Positions 41,507-52,025 of a stretch of 64,000 nt of DNA are shown in pieces; the first letter of the stretch is position 1; every line of letters starts with the position of its first letter. The translations under genes were made by a program, and so were the position numbers. Under the pieces are notes generated by a model, which was not told the DNA's origin, searched no databases, and saw nothing but the letters and a program-made list of their open reading frames with translations. Location: assembly GCA_963737155.1 (NCBI GenBank), contig CAVTRN010000002.1, forward strand, positions 128,001 to 192,000, written 5' to 3'. Origin of the DNA: Nitrospirota bacterium (GTDB taxonomy: Bacteria; Nitrospirota; UBA9217).

Positions 41507-42070
41507 CTACATCGGACTTATCGGTGTAAATTTGGCACCTTGTATAGAGACTCCCGCCATCAAACCCTTCTGATCAAAGACAAACCCCACAACAGGATGT
41601 TGGCTTCTGAGGGTCGCAATGGAAGCATTAGCCCCCACTTTAATAAGTGTCACTTCGGCATCCACGCCTGCCTCCCAGCCGTCAGCTTCGCGGAATTTTT
41701 TCAGTGCTTTGTTGGTCATGAAAATAATGACCACGTCGTACTGCTCGGCGCCGATCTGATAGCCTAGTGAGCCCGATATGAGGTTATAGTACCGGACATT
41801 TATACCATCGACTTGAAGGGCTCCTTGGCCGTACTGCCCGCCGACGATGAAACCAGCTTTGGTGACGTGTGGCATGACCAGCACGCCCTTTGCCGCGCGT
41901 AGATATGCGGAGCCTCCTCTGATATCGTGGCGGAATCGGGATAGAGTAGCTGTAACGCCTGCGTTAATCTCAGCCTTTGTCAACGCGCTCGCAACAGTAT
42001 CAGTGATGAAAAATGCTGCCGTGACCAGGAGCATTGAGACAAGAATTCTTAGCCTCGAATGAATATTCAT
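41507..42070 (-). CDS. YSC84/SYLF lipid-binding domain protein
   Basis: Signal peptide, AKGVLVMP...KAGFIVGGQYGQG, S.GYQIGAE, QKGLMAGVSIQGAKF. Confidence 0.9.
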   Translation of the reverse strand: MNIHSRLRILVSMLLVTAAFFITDTVASALTKAEINAGVTATLSRFRHDIRGGSAYLRAAKGVLVMPHVTKAGFIVGGQYGQGALQVDGINVRYYNLISGSLGYQIGAEQYDVVIIFMTNKALKKFREADGWEAGVDAEVTLIKVGANASIATLRSQHPVVGFVFDQKGLMAGVSIQGAKFTPISPM

Positions 42071-42390
42071 GATGCTGACCTCCTTTTCGCAATACCATCT
42101 TCCTTCTCGGTTTCCCTGTATGCAGAAGGAAGAGGATACACCCTCTTCTGCTCTCAACAGGTCATAATAATAATATACCTCATATTTCGTTATAATTGAT
42201 TGGAGCTAAGGGTTCGTACCAGGTAGCACAGGTAGCACAAAGTATGTAAAGAGATACTAGATTGTGCGAGATTTGCGTTTTGAAACAGTATAGGATGAAA
42301 GTATCATTACTAGAGTTATAATTGAAAAGTGTGAAAATCTGATAAAGTAATATTTGGATCTTTATTATTATCAGAAGTGGATCCGCTTAA

Positions 42391-43134
42391 TTAATAGGTC
42401 ACCACTATCGCAGCGGTTAACATTGTATCGGTTCTCTTCAGTGTTGCAGGGACCGGTTCGTTTGAATAGTTTACAATATAAGAGGTCTTGAGGGATAATT
42501 TGCCATTTAATTTAGATATGAACGCTGTTTCCGAATTAACGAAGTATTTTCGCGAATCATTTAAGTCATCAAGATATTCCAGGGATTGGGAGAACTTGTT
42601 CGTTTTTGTAAACGCATAGTCGTATTTTACGAAGGCACGTCCAGTGGGATATTCTCTCATTGTTTTATTGGTATATTTATCGGACACAGACATGGCGCTG
42701 AGTTCACCGATCAGAAAATTGTTCGGCCCATTCAGAAACTTGTATCCTTCACCGGCTCCCTCATACACGTGCTCGTCAACACCGGCAAATCTATTTTGCT
42801 GCCAGCCCGCATTTACAAAGGAATATAACCGCTGTGTGTTCTGATAATCCAGCTTAAGATCCGTGTAATAGCTTTCCGCTGTTTTTACGTCATTCGCATC
42901 CGCATGCAACGCGCCGGCTTTCCAGGCCCCTAGCCATTGCTCGTTAAATTTGTATTTCGCCTGGTTTTTTACCGCAAGGCTGGTGACGTTCGTATTACCA
43001 CCAGTTTGTACGAACGCAAGATCGCCTTCGTCGCTTAATGCCTTCTTTTCTGCTACTTCCTCTGCAAACGCAATCGACACCATCGCTATTAGCCCTAGGT
43101 ATGCCGCTACGATGAAGAACGTGGCTGTTTTCAT
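42391..43134 (-). CDS. DUF481 family outer-membrane beta-barrel protein
   Basis: Signal peptide, QTGGNT, TAESY, NRFAG, GAG.GYKF, NSETA, C-terminal aromatic residue. Confidence 0.85.
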   Translation of the reverse strand: MKTATFFIVAAYLGLIAMVSIAFAEEVAEKKALSDEGDLAFVQTGGNTNVTSLAVKNQAKYKFNEQWLGAWKAGALHADANDVKTAESYYTDLKLDYQNTQRLYSFVNAGWQQNRFAGVDEHVYEGAGEGYKFLNGPNNFLIGELSAMSVSDKYTNKTMREYPTGRAFVKYDYAFTKTNKFSQSLEYLDDLNDSRKYFVNSETAFISKLNGKLSLKTSYIVNYSNEPVPATLKRTDTMLTAAIVVTY

Positions 43135-43550
43135 AACTGCTCCTTCCCTTGTGACCCCACTCTCGTTTAACAATGGAGACTGTTTACAGAATACTTATGT
43201 ATTCTTGGCGCCATGTAGTTCGCTGCCAACTATGCTGATGTCACATATTTATGATGTGTCTTTACATGGCCCAAAGTTAGGAGGTTACCTACTTCAGGTC
43301 CGTATGTTCAAGTCTCAGGTGGTTTAAATATACGCGTTGGTTGACATAGGCCTGATAGCTGCTTTGGTCGAAGATGTATGGATCGCTGAAAAGGTACTCG
43401 ACAGAAACGGCAATGTTGAGTTTTGAACTTGGCGAAAGAGAATAGACATAATGGTTGACAGTTGAAAAAGTGACCTGCCCCTTGTCACCGTGGGTTATAC
43501 TTGGATGCAATGGGTGTCCAAATACAGAGCCACAAACAAGGAGGCAGGTC

Positions 43551-44663
43551 ATGAAAGATTCTATCACAATCGTAGGACTCGATTCAGCAAAAAACTCCAT
43601 AGCTGTAGCAACGGCCGAAATTGGCGGCAGCCAAGAGGTTCGCTACTACGGCAAAATCGGCGGCGACATGGCGTCATTGGACAAAATGGTCAGAAAGCTT
43701 GAAAGCAAAGGCTCAGAACTGCACTTCGTCTATGAAGCCGGGCCGTGTGGTTACGAAATATACCGCCATCTAACCAAGAGAGGTTACAAATGCACGGTTG
43801 TGGCACCATCGCTGATTCCCAAGAAAAGCGGAGATCGCGTCAAGACCGATCGTCGTGACGCGCAAAGTCTAGCCAGGCTGTATCGGGCCGGAGAACTGAC
43901 TCCTGTTTACGTGCCCCAAGAGGATGATGAAGCCATGAGAGACCTGACCCGATGCCGCGAAGACGCAGTCAAGGCCCATCGCACTGCCCGGCAGAGGTTA
44001 GGCGCGATGCTCCTGCGGCATGGACACCGTTACTCTGGAGAAACCGCATGGACCCAAGCCCACATGCGCTGGTTGTCTGATATCAAGATGCCACACCCTG
44101 CACAGCAGATCACGCTGCAAGAGTACATCAACACGGTGAAGGAATGCGCAGAGCGTGTGGCCCGGCTTACGGAGCAGATTCAAACGCTTATGCCCACATG
44201 CCGAACGGCCCCTGTTGCACTCGCAATCCAATCGTTACGCGGCATCGCGGATGTAACTGCCGCGACCACCATGGCCGAGATCGGAGACTTGGGACGTTTT
44301 GAAAATCCCAAGCAGCTCATGGGATACCTTGGATTGGTCCCTTCCGAATACTCCAGCGGCGACAGCACCAGACGGGGTGCTATCACCAAAACCGGAAACA
44401 CCCACGTCAGGCGCGCATTGATTGAAGCGGCCCAAGCCTACAGTCTGCCGGCCCGAGTGAGCCGGGTAATCCTCAAGCGGCAGGAGGGGCTGCCGAAAAA
44501 TATCTGTGATATCTCCTGGAAAGCCCAGGTGCGTCTCTGCGGACGGTTCCGTAAACTCACGGCCAAAGGGAAGCCCAGGAACAAGGTGGTAACCGCCATT
44601 GCCAGGGAACTATGCGGCTTCATATGGGCAATTGCCCGGGAAGTGAATCTCCAGAGCGCATAA
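43551..44663 (+). CDS. IS110 transposase/recombinase
   Basis: VGLDSAK, YEAGPCG, VKTDRRDA, LGLVPSEYSSG, ITKTGN, AIAREL; RBS aggagg. Confidence 0.95.
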   Translation: MKDSITIVGLDSAKNSIAVATAEIGGSQEVRYYGKIGGDMASLDKMVRKLESKGSELHFVYEAGPCGYEIYRHLTKRGYKCTVVAPSLIPKKSGDRVKTDRRDAQSLARLYRAGELTPVYVPQEDDEAMRDLTRCREDAVKAHRTARQRLGAMLLRHGHRYSGETAWTQAHMRWLSDIKMPHPAQQITLQEYINTVKECAERVARLTEQIQTLMPTCRTAPVALAIQSLRGIADVTAATTMAEIGDLGRFENPKQLMGYLGLVPSEYSSGDSTRRGAITKTGNTHVRRALIEAAQAYSLPARVSRVILKRQEGLPKNICDISWKAQVRLCGRFRKLTAKGKPRNKVVTAIARELCGFIWAIAREVNLQSA

Positions 44664-44929
44664 GAAGATTAACCCAAGAACAAGGTGTCACACAAAACTT
44701 GAGGGGGTATCTTGGCATGGACTGTCTCTGGAAAATCAATCCTGGGGCATTTATGAAAGAAAAAATCAACCCTCAAAGGTAAAAACCGCTCAAATCGTCA
44801 ACATAGGCGGAAGCATCGAGCTTTCCAAAGAACAGGATCAAAAACTTGAAGTCACCCGGTAACAATGGCGACTCAAACGACTGAGGCAAAACAAAGGAGG
44901 ACGCAAGCAAACAATAAACAACCTCCAAG

Positions 44930-45115
44930 GCATAAGCGGGGACGCGGCCACGTTTACGGAGAATCCTCGTCCAAACTATGGAATAAGGCAATGCCGAACT
45001 TCCGTTAATAGAGCGAGGCAGCTCCGCGGCGAAGAAAGGTCTTGCGGTCAAACCCGCGAATATCAGAGTGATCAAACGTCGCACAAGTCGGCCCCGTCCC
45101 TCCTTACGCCTTGGA
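44930..45115 (+). ncRNA. Putative bridge/seek RNA in the 3' non-coding end
   Basis: Structured block gagaatcctcg...atg...tagagcgaggcagctcc...gcggt..ccgcgaatatcag contains short matches to the target (aaact, aatag) and donor (gtct, atatcag). Confidence 0.6.
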
Positions 45116-45474
45116 ACATATTGAAACAACGAACCCTTTGAAAAAAAGGGGCAGGAGACTATTTTCCCTATTGACAACTGTCAACCATATCAGTTTAGCG
45201 ACTCAACGAGTGAGTAGACGCCATCCTCAAGTTAGCTATTATCCGCGTTCCCGTACTCAGTGACTCAAGCAGAACCTTGCATCGTCAGTCCTGGCGTCTT
45301 TTTACATAAAGATGCGATATAACTTTCCGGTCATTCTCGCGACTTTCACAGGGTCGGAAGTATATTTTAACCACGTGTCGAACTCTAGATGAGTGCTGAT
45401 GCGTGATTCCCGCATTTCAGTATGGCTGGCTGGTATGCTCTTTGGTTAGCCCTGTCATGTCAAAGTCGAACAGG

Positions 45475-48400
45475 CTATTTCGTGAAGCTCGCCACAACCG
45501 TGCAGTTCGCCGTGATCGCGTCCGTAGTATATTTTTTTCCGGACAGCGCGCCGCCGCAGGTACCACCCACCGAGGCGGTGTATCCTGAGGCCGGCGTTAC
45601 GGTGAATACCGTCGTCTTGTTGTAGTCGACCGTCTGGGCGGTTGACGGGCTGATGGTCCCATTACTGCCGCTGACAGACGGCGTCACGGTAAGAGTCTTG
45701 ATCGAGAAGCTCGCCACAACCGTGCAGTTCGCCGTGATCGCGTTCGTCGTATACGTGTTGCCGTTCAGCGTGCCGCCGCAGGTGCCGCCCACCGAGGCGG
45801 AGTATCCCGTGGCCGGCGTTACGGTGAATGTTGTTGCTAAATCGTAGCTGACCGTCTGGGCGGTCGACGGGCTGATGGTCCCATTACTGCCGCTGACCGA
45901 CGGCGTTACGGTATACGTCTTGATCGAGAAGCTCGCGCTGATCGTGTGGTTCGTTATGACATCCGTGAATGTGTAGGAAGTCACCGCACCGGCCGAAACG
46001 CCATCAACCAGCACGCCGGCAACAGAGTACCCCGTAGCCGGGGTGATCGTGAAATTCTGGCTTGCACCATAATTCACCGCCACGGAGCCCGATGGACTGA
46101 TGGACCCGCTTCCGCTGGAAACCGTCGCCGTTATGGTGTTGGTGTTGATCGAGAAGCTCGCCACAACCGTGCAGTTCGCCGTGATTGCGTTCGTCGTGTA
46201 TGTGGTGCCGTTAAGCGTGCCGCCGCAGGTGCCGCCCACCGTGCCGGTGTATCCCGTGGCCGGCGTTACGGTAAATGCCGTCGTCGTGTTATAGCTAACC
46301 GTCTGGGCGGCCGACGGGCTGATGGTCCCATTACTGCCGCTGACCGACGGAGTCACGGTAAACGTTTTGATCGAGAAGCTTGCGCTTATCGTGTGATTCG
46401 CTATAACATCCGTGAACGTGTAGGAGGTCACCGCGCCAGCCGAAACGCCATCCACCAGCACGCCGGCAACAGAGTACCCCGTAGCCGGGGTGATCGTGAA
46501 TGTCTGGCTTGCACCATAATTCACCGACACGGAGCCCGATGGGCTGATGGACCCGCTTCCGCTGGAAACCGTCGCCGTTATGGTGTTGCCGTTGATCGAG
46601 AAGCTCGCCACAACCGTGCAGTTCGCCGTGATCGCGTTCGTCGTGTACGTGGTGCCGTTCAGCGTGCCGCCGCAGGTTCCACCCACGGAGGCGGTGTATC
46701 CCGTGGCCGGAGTTACAGTGAATGCCGTCGTCGCATTGTAGGTAACCGTCTGGGCGGTCGACGGGCTGATGGTCCCATTACTGCCGGTGACCGACGACGT
46801 CACCGTAAACGCGTCAATCGAGAAACTTACCGATATGGTGTGGCTCGTTGTTACATTATTGAACGCATAGGAGGTCACCGCACCAACCGAAACGCCATCC
46901 ACCAGCACGCCGGCAACAGAGTACCCCGTAGCCGGGGTGAACGTGAAGGTCTGGCTTGCACCATAATTCACCGTCATGGAGCCCGATGGGCTGATGGAAC
47001 CGCTCCCGCTGGATACCGTCGCCGTTATGGTGTTGGTGATGATTGAGAAGCTGGCGCTGATCGTATGGTTCGCCGTTACGTTCGTGAACGCGTAGGAGCT
47101 CACCGCGCCGACCGAAACGCCGTCTACCAGCACGTCCGCAATTTGATAGCCGGCATTCGGCGTGATACTGAACGTCTGGGTCGCACCCGAGACCAGCATC
47201 ACCGCTCCGGACGGCGTGATACTGCCGTTCCCCCCCGCTGTCGATGCCGTGATGATGAACGTAGCAATGGCCTCGGTAGTAAAGGACCAGGCATACCCCC
47301 CGGACGTATTGCTGACAAGCGGGTTTCCCGCAAGGTTGGTGGCATGCGAGGTAATTTCGGCAACGTAGTTTGTACTGTATGCCAGGGGCTGCGTAGGCGT
47401 AAATACAAGCGTGGCGCCGCTGGAAGTGACCCACCCGGGGATGCTTGTTCCATTCCCGTCGACAAGCGTAAAGGTAGTGGTCGGCGTGATCGAGCTCGTA
47501 AGCACGGCTTCACTGCAGAGCGCGACCACGTCGTTGTAGATTGGCACATTGACCGCAGAGCTGGTCGGGAACGTGGAAAGGACGGCAGGCGGGACGCTGT
47601 CCGAGGCCTCTGGTTCTGTAGTAAAGCTCCAGGTATATTCGGACGACAACGAATTCAGGGACAGATCGCTGACCGCTTCGGGGATGCTGACCGTATAGAG
47701 GGTCGACGGTGCAAGGGACGTGCTTGGCATGAAAATGACCGTATTGTCGACATACATGATCGTGCCGGGAATCCCGGTCGTGCCGTTACTGACGATGATC
47801 GACGAAGGCGTGAGGCCCGTCAGGAGCATCGGTTCGCTGAAGGTAACACTGATCGGCGTGTTCACATCGGCCGCCGAGGCGGTGGTGGACGGGATGGTGA
47901 GCGCCGACATGACCATGGGAGCTGCAATGTCAGGTCCTGCTCCGGTCACAAAACTCGCTACGAAGGCGTCTATCATGGGAGTGCCCGACACGGTTTGCAC
48001 CCCGGTTGTGACGTTGACGATGTAGATAGAATTGGGAGGAAGGGGACTCAGGGGTTCGAACGTGGCCGAGGCCGTCGCCGCATTATAGTAAACATTGCCC
48101 GGAACGTTTCCAGTCGGCGTACTGAGTATTATCGTGTCCGAGGAAACCGTAGACGGGTCGACAGGCTGACTGAACATGATTGAAATAGCGGTCGTCGTGC
48201 TGACATTTTGTGACCGGTCTTCGGGCTGGACATCGATGACCCTGAGCGGCATGGTCACCCCGGTAATGAAAGAGCTGGTGAATGCCGCGGACATGGCGAT
48301 TCCGGTCGTGTCCATGACGGTATTGGCGACTGTAACCGTGTAGAGGGTACTCGGATTCAATACGACTGATGGCAAAAGAACGGCGGTATACTTGCCGTTC

Positions 48401-48684
48401 GCGTTGCTGTAGGTAACCGATGAGGGAACCGAACTCTGCTCGCCGTTATAGCAAAGCGTAATCGTTTTGTTATTGATGGTCGAAGCATCCATTTCGTTGC
48501 TGAATGTTATCACGATACCGTTGTTTATAGTTACGGAGACATTCAGCGCCCCATCGGCGGGTGTGATGGAGGTCACGGTGGGCGGCGTTATAGGGGCCGC
48601 CGGAAGCGGCCCCTTCTGGCCGCACGTCGAAAGCAGCATGACTGCTGCCTGCAGCACCATAAGTATAATAAATCGGTTCCTCAT
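45475..48684 (-). CDS. Large surface lipoprotein/adhesin with Big_5-type Ig domains and InlB B-like tandem repeats
   Basis: LLSTC-GQKGPL lipobox; four P.V....P.....V...I...FSE.MD..T Ig-like units; eight ~75-aa repeats of two alternating types. Confidence 0.9.
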   Translation of the reverse strand: MRNRFIILMVLQAAVMLLSTCGQKGPLPAAPITPPTVTSITPADGALNVSVTINNGIVITFSNEMDASTINNKTITLCYNGEQSSVPSSVTYSNANGKYTAVLLPSVVLNPSTLYTVTVANTVMDTTGIAMSAAFTSSFITGVTMPLRVIDVQPEDRSQNVSTTTAISIMFSQPVDPSTVSSDTIILSTPTGNVPGNVYYNAATASATFEPLSPLPPNSIYIVNVTTGVQTVSGTPMIDAFVASFVTGAGPDIAAPMVMSALTIPSTTASAADVNTPISVTFSEPMLLTGLTPSSIIVSNGTTGIPGTIMYVDNTVIFMPSTSLAPSTLYTVSIPEAVSDLSLNSLSSEYTWSFTTEPEASDSVPPAVLSTFPTSSAVNVPIYNDVVALCSEAVLTSSITPTTTFTLVDGNGTSIPGWVTSSGATLVFTPTQPLAYSTNYVAEITSHATNLAGNPLVSNTSGGYAWSFTTEAIATFIITASTAGGNGSITPSGAVMLVSGATQTFSITPNAGYQIADVLVDGVSVGAVSSYAFTNVTANHTISASFSIITNTITATVSSGSGSISPSGSMTVNYGASQTFTFTPATGYSVAGVLVDGVSVGAVTSYAFNNVTTSHTISVSFSIDAFTVTSSVTGSNGTISPSTAQTVTYNATTAFTVTPATGYTASVGGTCGGTLNGTTYTTNAITANCTVVASFSINGNTITATVSSGSGSISPSGSVSVNYGASQTFTITPATGYSVAGVLVDGVSAGAVTSYTFTDVIANHTISASFSIKTFTVTPSVSGSNGTISPSAAQTVSYNTTTAFTVTPATGYTGTVGGTCGGTLNGTTYTTNAITANCTVVASFSINTNTITATVSSGSGSISPSGSVAVNYGASQNFTITPATGYSVAGVLVDGVSAGAVTSYTFTDVITNHTISASFSIKTYTVTPSVSGSNGTISPSTAQTVSYDLATTFTVTPATGYSASVGGTCGGTLNGNTYTTNAITANCTVVASFSIKTLTVTPSVSGSNGTISPSTAQTVDYNKTTVFTVTPASGYTASVGGTCGGALSGKKYTTDAITANCTVVASFTK
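45478..47260 (-). repeat. Intragenic near-identical tandem repeats (A/B pair period 447 bp)
   Basis: Equivalent positions recur at 45653, 46100 and 46547; gaagctcgccacaaccgtgcagttcgccgtgat occurs four times. Confidence 0.9.
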
Positions 48685-49350
48685 ACCCCTCGTTGATCTA
48701 CACTCACATCACATGCAGGGAGTGGCTTTCTTGCTGTCAATCCGGCAGCGGACGCTCCCGGAAAGATTAAAACGCTATACTCACTTGCCCTGTGGCTTTG
48801 TTGTTCCAATAATTGTAGTTGTACTCGCCCGAAACAAATGCATATGCATTCGTATAATTGTATTCCCTTCTTATTAAGACACATGGGTATAGGATTATAG
48901 GATTTCGGAAGAAAACGGTGAAGGACAGACTGACATAAGCAGGTGGTCGTCTGGACCACAGACTACGTGCTGAGATACGTCAGTTCACCTAGTTCATCCA
49001 CGGGCATCGATGTGATCATATGCCAACATCTATACCACATGTTGACGAAATACGAATAACCATATAACAATTAAACCCAAATTCTGCGCCACTTGACAAA
49101 ACATGGTGGCTCAGACAGGCAGATGGAGGATCGGTACCGATCGGAACCATGGATAGAATCAGGGAAAGAGCAAATGTGCGTTTCATAATTGTTCCTCTAA
49201 TAAAATATAGATTTTTCTCTCAGATCATGATGACCTTTCGCGAGGACTATCATACTTAAAATCGGAAAGCTTCGCTTTATCTTTTACGCCCATCGTTATT
49301 ATCAGCTATAAATACTGCTGAACAGGCTCCTTAATTCTGATAAAAACTCT

Positions 49351-49602
49351 TCAGACAACATTCTTGATCGAATTCTCGTTATTCTTGATGTAAACAGTAC
49401 CGTTTAATTTATTTATAAGGTGTGCCCGTTTATGTGTTAAATGCCCGACTTCACCTGCTTGTGCATGATGCTGTATGTGAGGACAACTATCATGTCGGGA
49501 GGTTTTGCAGTACTCTTCAAGCTCGAGCAAACTTGGCATATAAACGAATCCGTTCACTCCACAGGATAAAATACGAGATCCCCACAACTCAGGGCATTTC
49601 AT
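49351..49602 (-). CDS. Small Cys-rich hypothetical protein
   Basis: MKCP.L......SC......YMPSLLELEEYC....H..CP; RBS aggag. Confidence 0.65.
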   Translation of the reverse strand: MKCPELWGSRILSCGVNGFVYMPSLLELEEYCKTSRHDSCPHIQHHAQAGEVGHLTHKRAHLINKLNGTVYIKNNENSIKNVV

Positions 49603-49660
49603 GATTTGCTCCTTTCGCGCTTCTCGATATCAAAAAGCGAAAAAAGATATACAGGAGTGA

Positions 49661-49984
49661 TTACCTCACATTTATTACAGAGTTGTTCGTTCCAAAGGGG
49701 TTATTGGTTGATTCGGCGTTTGCTGTATCCTGTATCCACGATCCATCAACAAAAAACTTATACTCGCATCTTCCCAGGGGGAGTTTCAACTTGATTTTCC
49801 ATATTCCATCTTTCCCTTTTATCATGGGAGTAGACTGGGTGTTCCAATTATTGAATGATCCTGCAATGTGGACCTTTGTTGCATTAGGAGATGTAAATGA
49901 TAATTCAAATTCCCGCACGCTGTCAGGGCGTAAATTGCTGATAGACTTATTTAACTGCTTTCCTGTGTCCCTCATATTGGCCAT
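49661..49984 (-). CDS. CBM48/AMPK-beta-like glycogen-binding domain protein
   Basis: A.KVHIAGSFNNWN...M.K..DGIW...L.L..GR.EYKFFVDG.W..D...NPFG..NSV; RBS gaggagg. Confidence 0.9.
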   Translation of the reverse strand: MANMRDTGKQLNKSISNLRPDSVREFELSFTSPNATKVHIAGSFNNWNTQSTPMIKGKDGIWKIKLKLPLGRCEYKFFVDGSWIQDTANAESTNNPFGTNNSVINVR

Positions 49985-50205
49985 TGCTGTTGCCTCCTCT
50001 TTGTAGTTTTTGTTAATGTCTCATAAATATAGTAGCTTCATGTGGAGCTCTTTATTAACCATATCATATTAATAGAACCTCGGCATGATTTATCCATTTT
50101 GTTGTAAAAAAAGTATAAGCATTTATTATTTATTGCATATGTGCACCTTGATGCATTTATAAGGCAATTATTGCTCTTAAGCATATAGAATTAGAATTCG
50201 ACACC

Positions 50206-50485
50206 AATGGGGTTTCGTTTGAACAACGTGCTTTTCTCGATCCTTACCGTATCATCATGGAGGTCCTGGAACACAGTACCGAGGAAAATAGACATTATTG
50301 CATCGGATGTGCTGGCGAAGGAATCATGACTGTTAGATTCACGTTTCGCGGAAGTGTTAAACGTCTATATGGCGCCGGATATTGGAGGAAGGAAAGAAAA
50401 AGATACGAAGATCAAAATTAAAGACACCGATGAACTGATGGGTATATTGAAAGTAACAAAGATTATCTGCCACCTCCGGATCAGT
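50206..50485 (+). pseudogene. Decayed BrnT-type toxin and adjacent antitoxin fragment
   Basis: No start. GVSFEQRAFLDPYRII...HSTEENRHYCIG...GIMTVRFTFRG..RLYGAGYWRK (stop at 50421), then KIKDTDELMG / DYLPPPDQ with a frameshift. Confidence 0.75.
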
Positions 50486-50717
50486 CAGTACTTAAAGAAG
50501 ACAATGTCAAGGGAACGCCTGCCCTAAAAAAGTCGAGTGTTGAATCCTATAAGAAAGAGGCCAATAGGCATCACACGTCGTATAAAAAAAATGATATGTC
50601 AGCTTGTCGATTGGTACTCCTCTCGCCATCAATAGGTGGAGCTGTTAATATCTGCTCATATTATACTATACAGAATTACTGATTGAAGTATGTACTGTCG
50701 GAATCTGCAGTCAGTAT

Positions 50718-50806
50718 CCGAAACGATCGAAATTGATGTCCGAGACAAATCGGAACAATTGTCCGAAATCAATCGTAATGGCAGGCCGACCCTATTGGAA
50801 TACGCA
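50718..50806 (-). mobile_element. Orphan IS21-family end
   Basis: Minus strand TGCGTATTCC... followed by ~23-bp periodic CGAT...TCGGAC repeats typical of IS21 termini; no istA/istB. Confidence 0.65.
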
Positions 50807-51641
50807 ACAAGAATAAACTATTAAATTAACATTATCTGAATTGTTATGATGCTAATGAGGTATATTTTTACGCGTTTCACACTGGTGGTATATGCTTCAT
50901 AGCTGTCATGTGAAACACTGGTAGGAATTAAATAGAGAAGGATTTGTGAATCGCTGTGAAACGGATTTAAAAGGTATCACAAGGGGCATCAATCTTCATT
51001 CGGGACTGAAAAAAGAAGGCTTATAAGTCGGAAAAGCAGAGTCGCTATCTTGCGTCTTCTACAGTATTTAAAAGTATTCAGTTCGGAGGGCAAAAATGAC
51101 AAAAAAGTGTCAAGAAAGCGAATAATTCCGTTTAAGTTTTTAATCAGGAGTATTTTCTGTAGCTGTTGAAGTTTCCCTTCTCTATACACGGCGTCAAATA
51201 TAATTGCTCATATACTGCCATTTTTGGCTCGATATCTGTTATTTCGCAAAAAGGACATGCGCAACTATTTATGACGCTGAGTATAAATACTTCAACTTAT
51301 AGGCCGTATTTGTCAGTGTCCCTCCTCCATAAATACCCATCTGTATTTCTGTCTTGACAACTTCCCGACTCACTGGTATCATATAAAAAATATCATATAT
51401 GTTAGGATTGGATGTTACATAATTTGGCTCGATAAATTGTCTTTTCACGCTTGGGAATGCAGCAAGGTCACGGTTTGTTAATGCCATGGAAATCTTCATG
51501 TATTATGTAATTATTATATTTCAGTGTTTTTTATCATCATCTTCGCTGCATCAGTCGTTCATTCTTTCCTTCCACCAGAAAAGACAAAACGCATTTGATC
51601 CCATAAAAAATAGATTATTTGTAGGAAAGGAATAATCTCGC

Positions 51642-52025
51642 ATGGAAAAATTATCTATTATATTCAAGGCCCTTTCGGACGAAACTCGGCTCAGGATTGT
51701 GAAGCTTCTTGAGCACGGCGAGCTTTGCGTCTGCGATATTGTCGCCGCGCTGAACGTCGTTCAACCCAAGGCCTCGTTCCACCTCGGAGTATTGAAGGAG
51801 GCGGGTTTTATCAAGGACCGGAAGCAGGGCAAGTGGATTCATTACAGCTTGAACGAAGCCGATTTATTCAGGAGGATGCTTATGGTATCGATATGCGAAA
51901 AGGCTGAAGGCAACTTCATAGAGGAAGACCGGAAGCGCCTTGTCCGATTTCTCATGTCGAAGAAAGCAGGCAGTGATTGCCTCCCAACGAAAAAAATGTT
52001 GGCTTCTGCGGAGTCTAACTTATGA
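51642..52025 (+). CDS. arsR: ArsR/SmtB family regulator
   Basis: FKALSDETRLRI..LL..GELCVCDI...QPKASFHL.VLK.AG...RKQGKWIHYSL. Confidence 0.93.
   Translation: MEKLSIIFKALSDETRLRIVKLLEHGELCVCDIVAALNVVQPKASFHLGVLKEAGFIKDRKQGKWIHYSLNEADLFRRMLMVSICEKAEGNFIEEDRKRLVRFLMSKKAGSDCLPTKKMLASAESNL

Larger units (their letters stand above)
43444..45193 (+). mobile_element. IS110 family (IS1111 group) element, apparently intact
   Basis: Perfect 14-bp sub-terminal IRs atggttgacagttg (43451-43464) / caactgtcaaccat (45175-45188); core AG at 43444-43445 and 45192-45193; TTGACA at 45171. Confidence 0.92.

Noticed and set aside
48720-48830. c-di-GMP-I (GEMM) riboswitch upstream of the large surface protein
   Set aside because: Only aaagccacaggg resembles the consensus; the P1 GNRA hairpin and GGGAC motif are missing.
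50718-50806. Mini CRISPR array suggested by ~23-bp periodic repeats
   Set aside because: No spacer-length unique sequence; the pattern and terminal TG fit an IS21 end.
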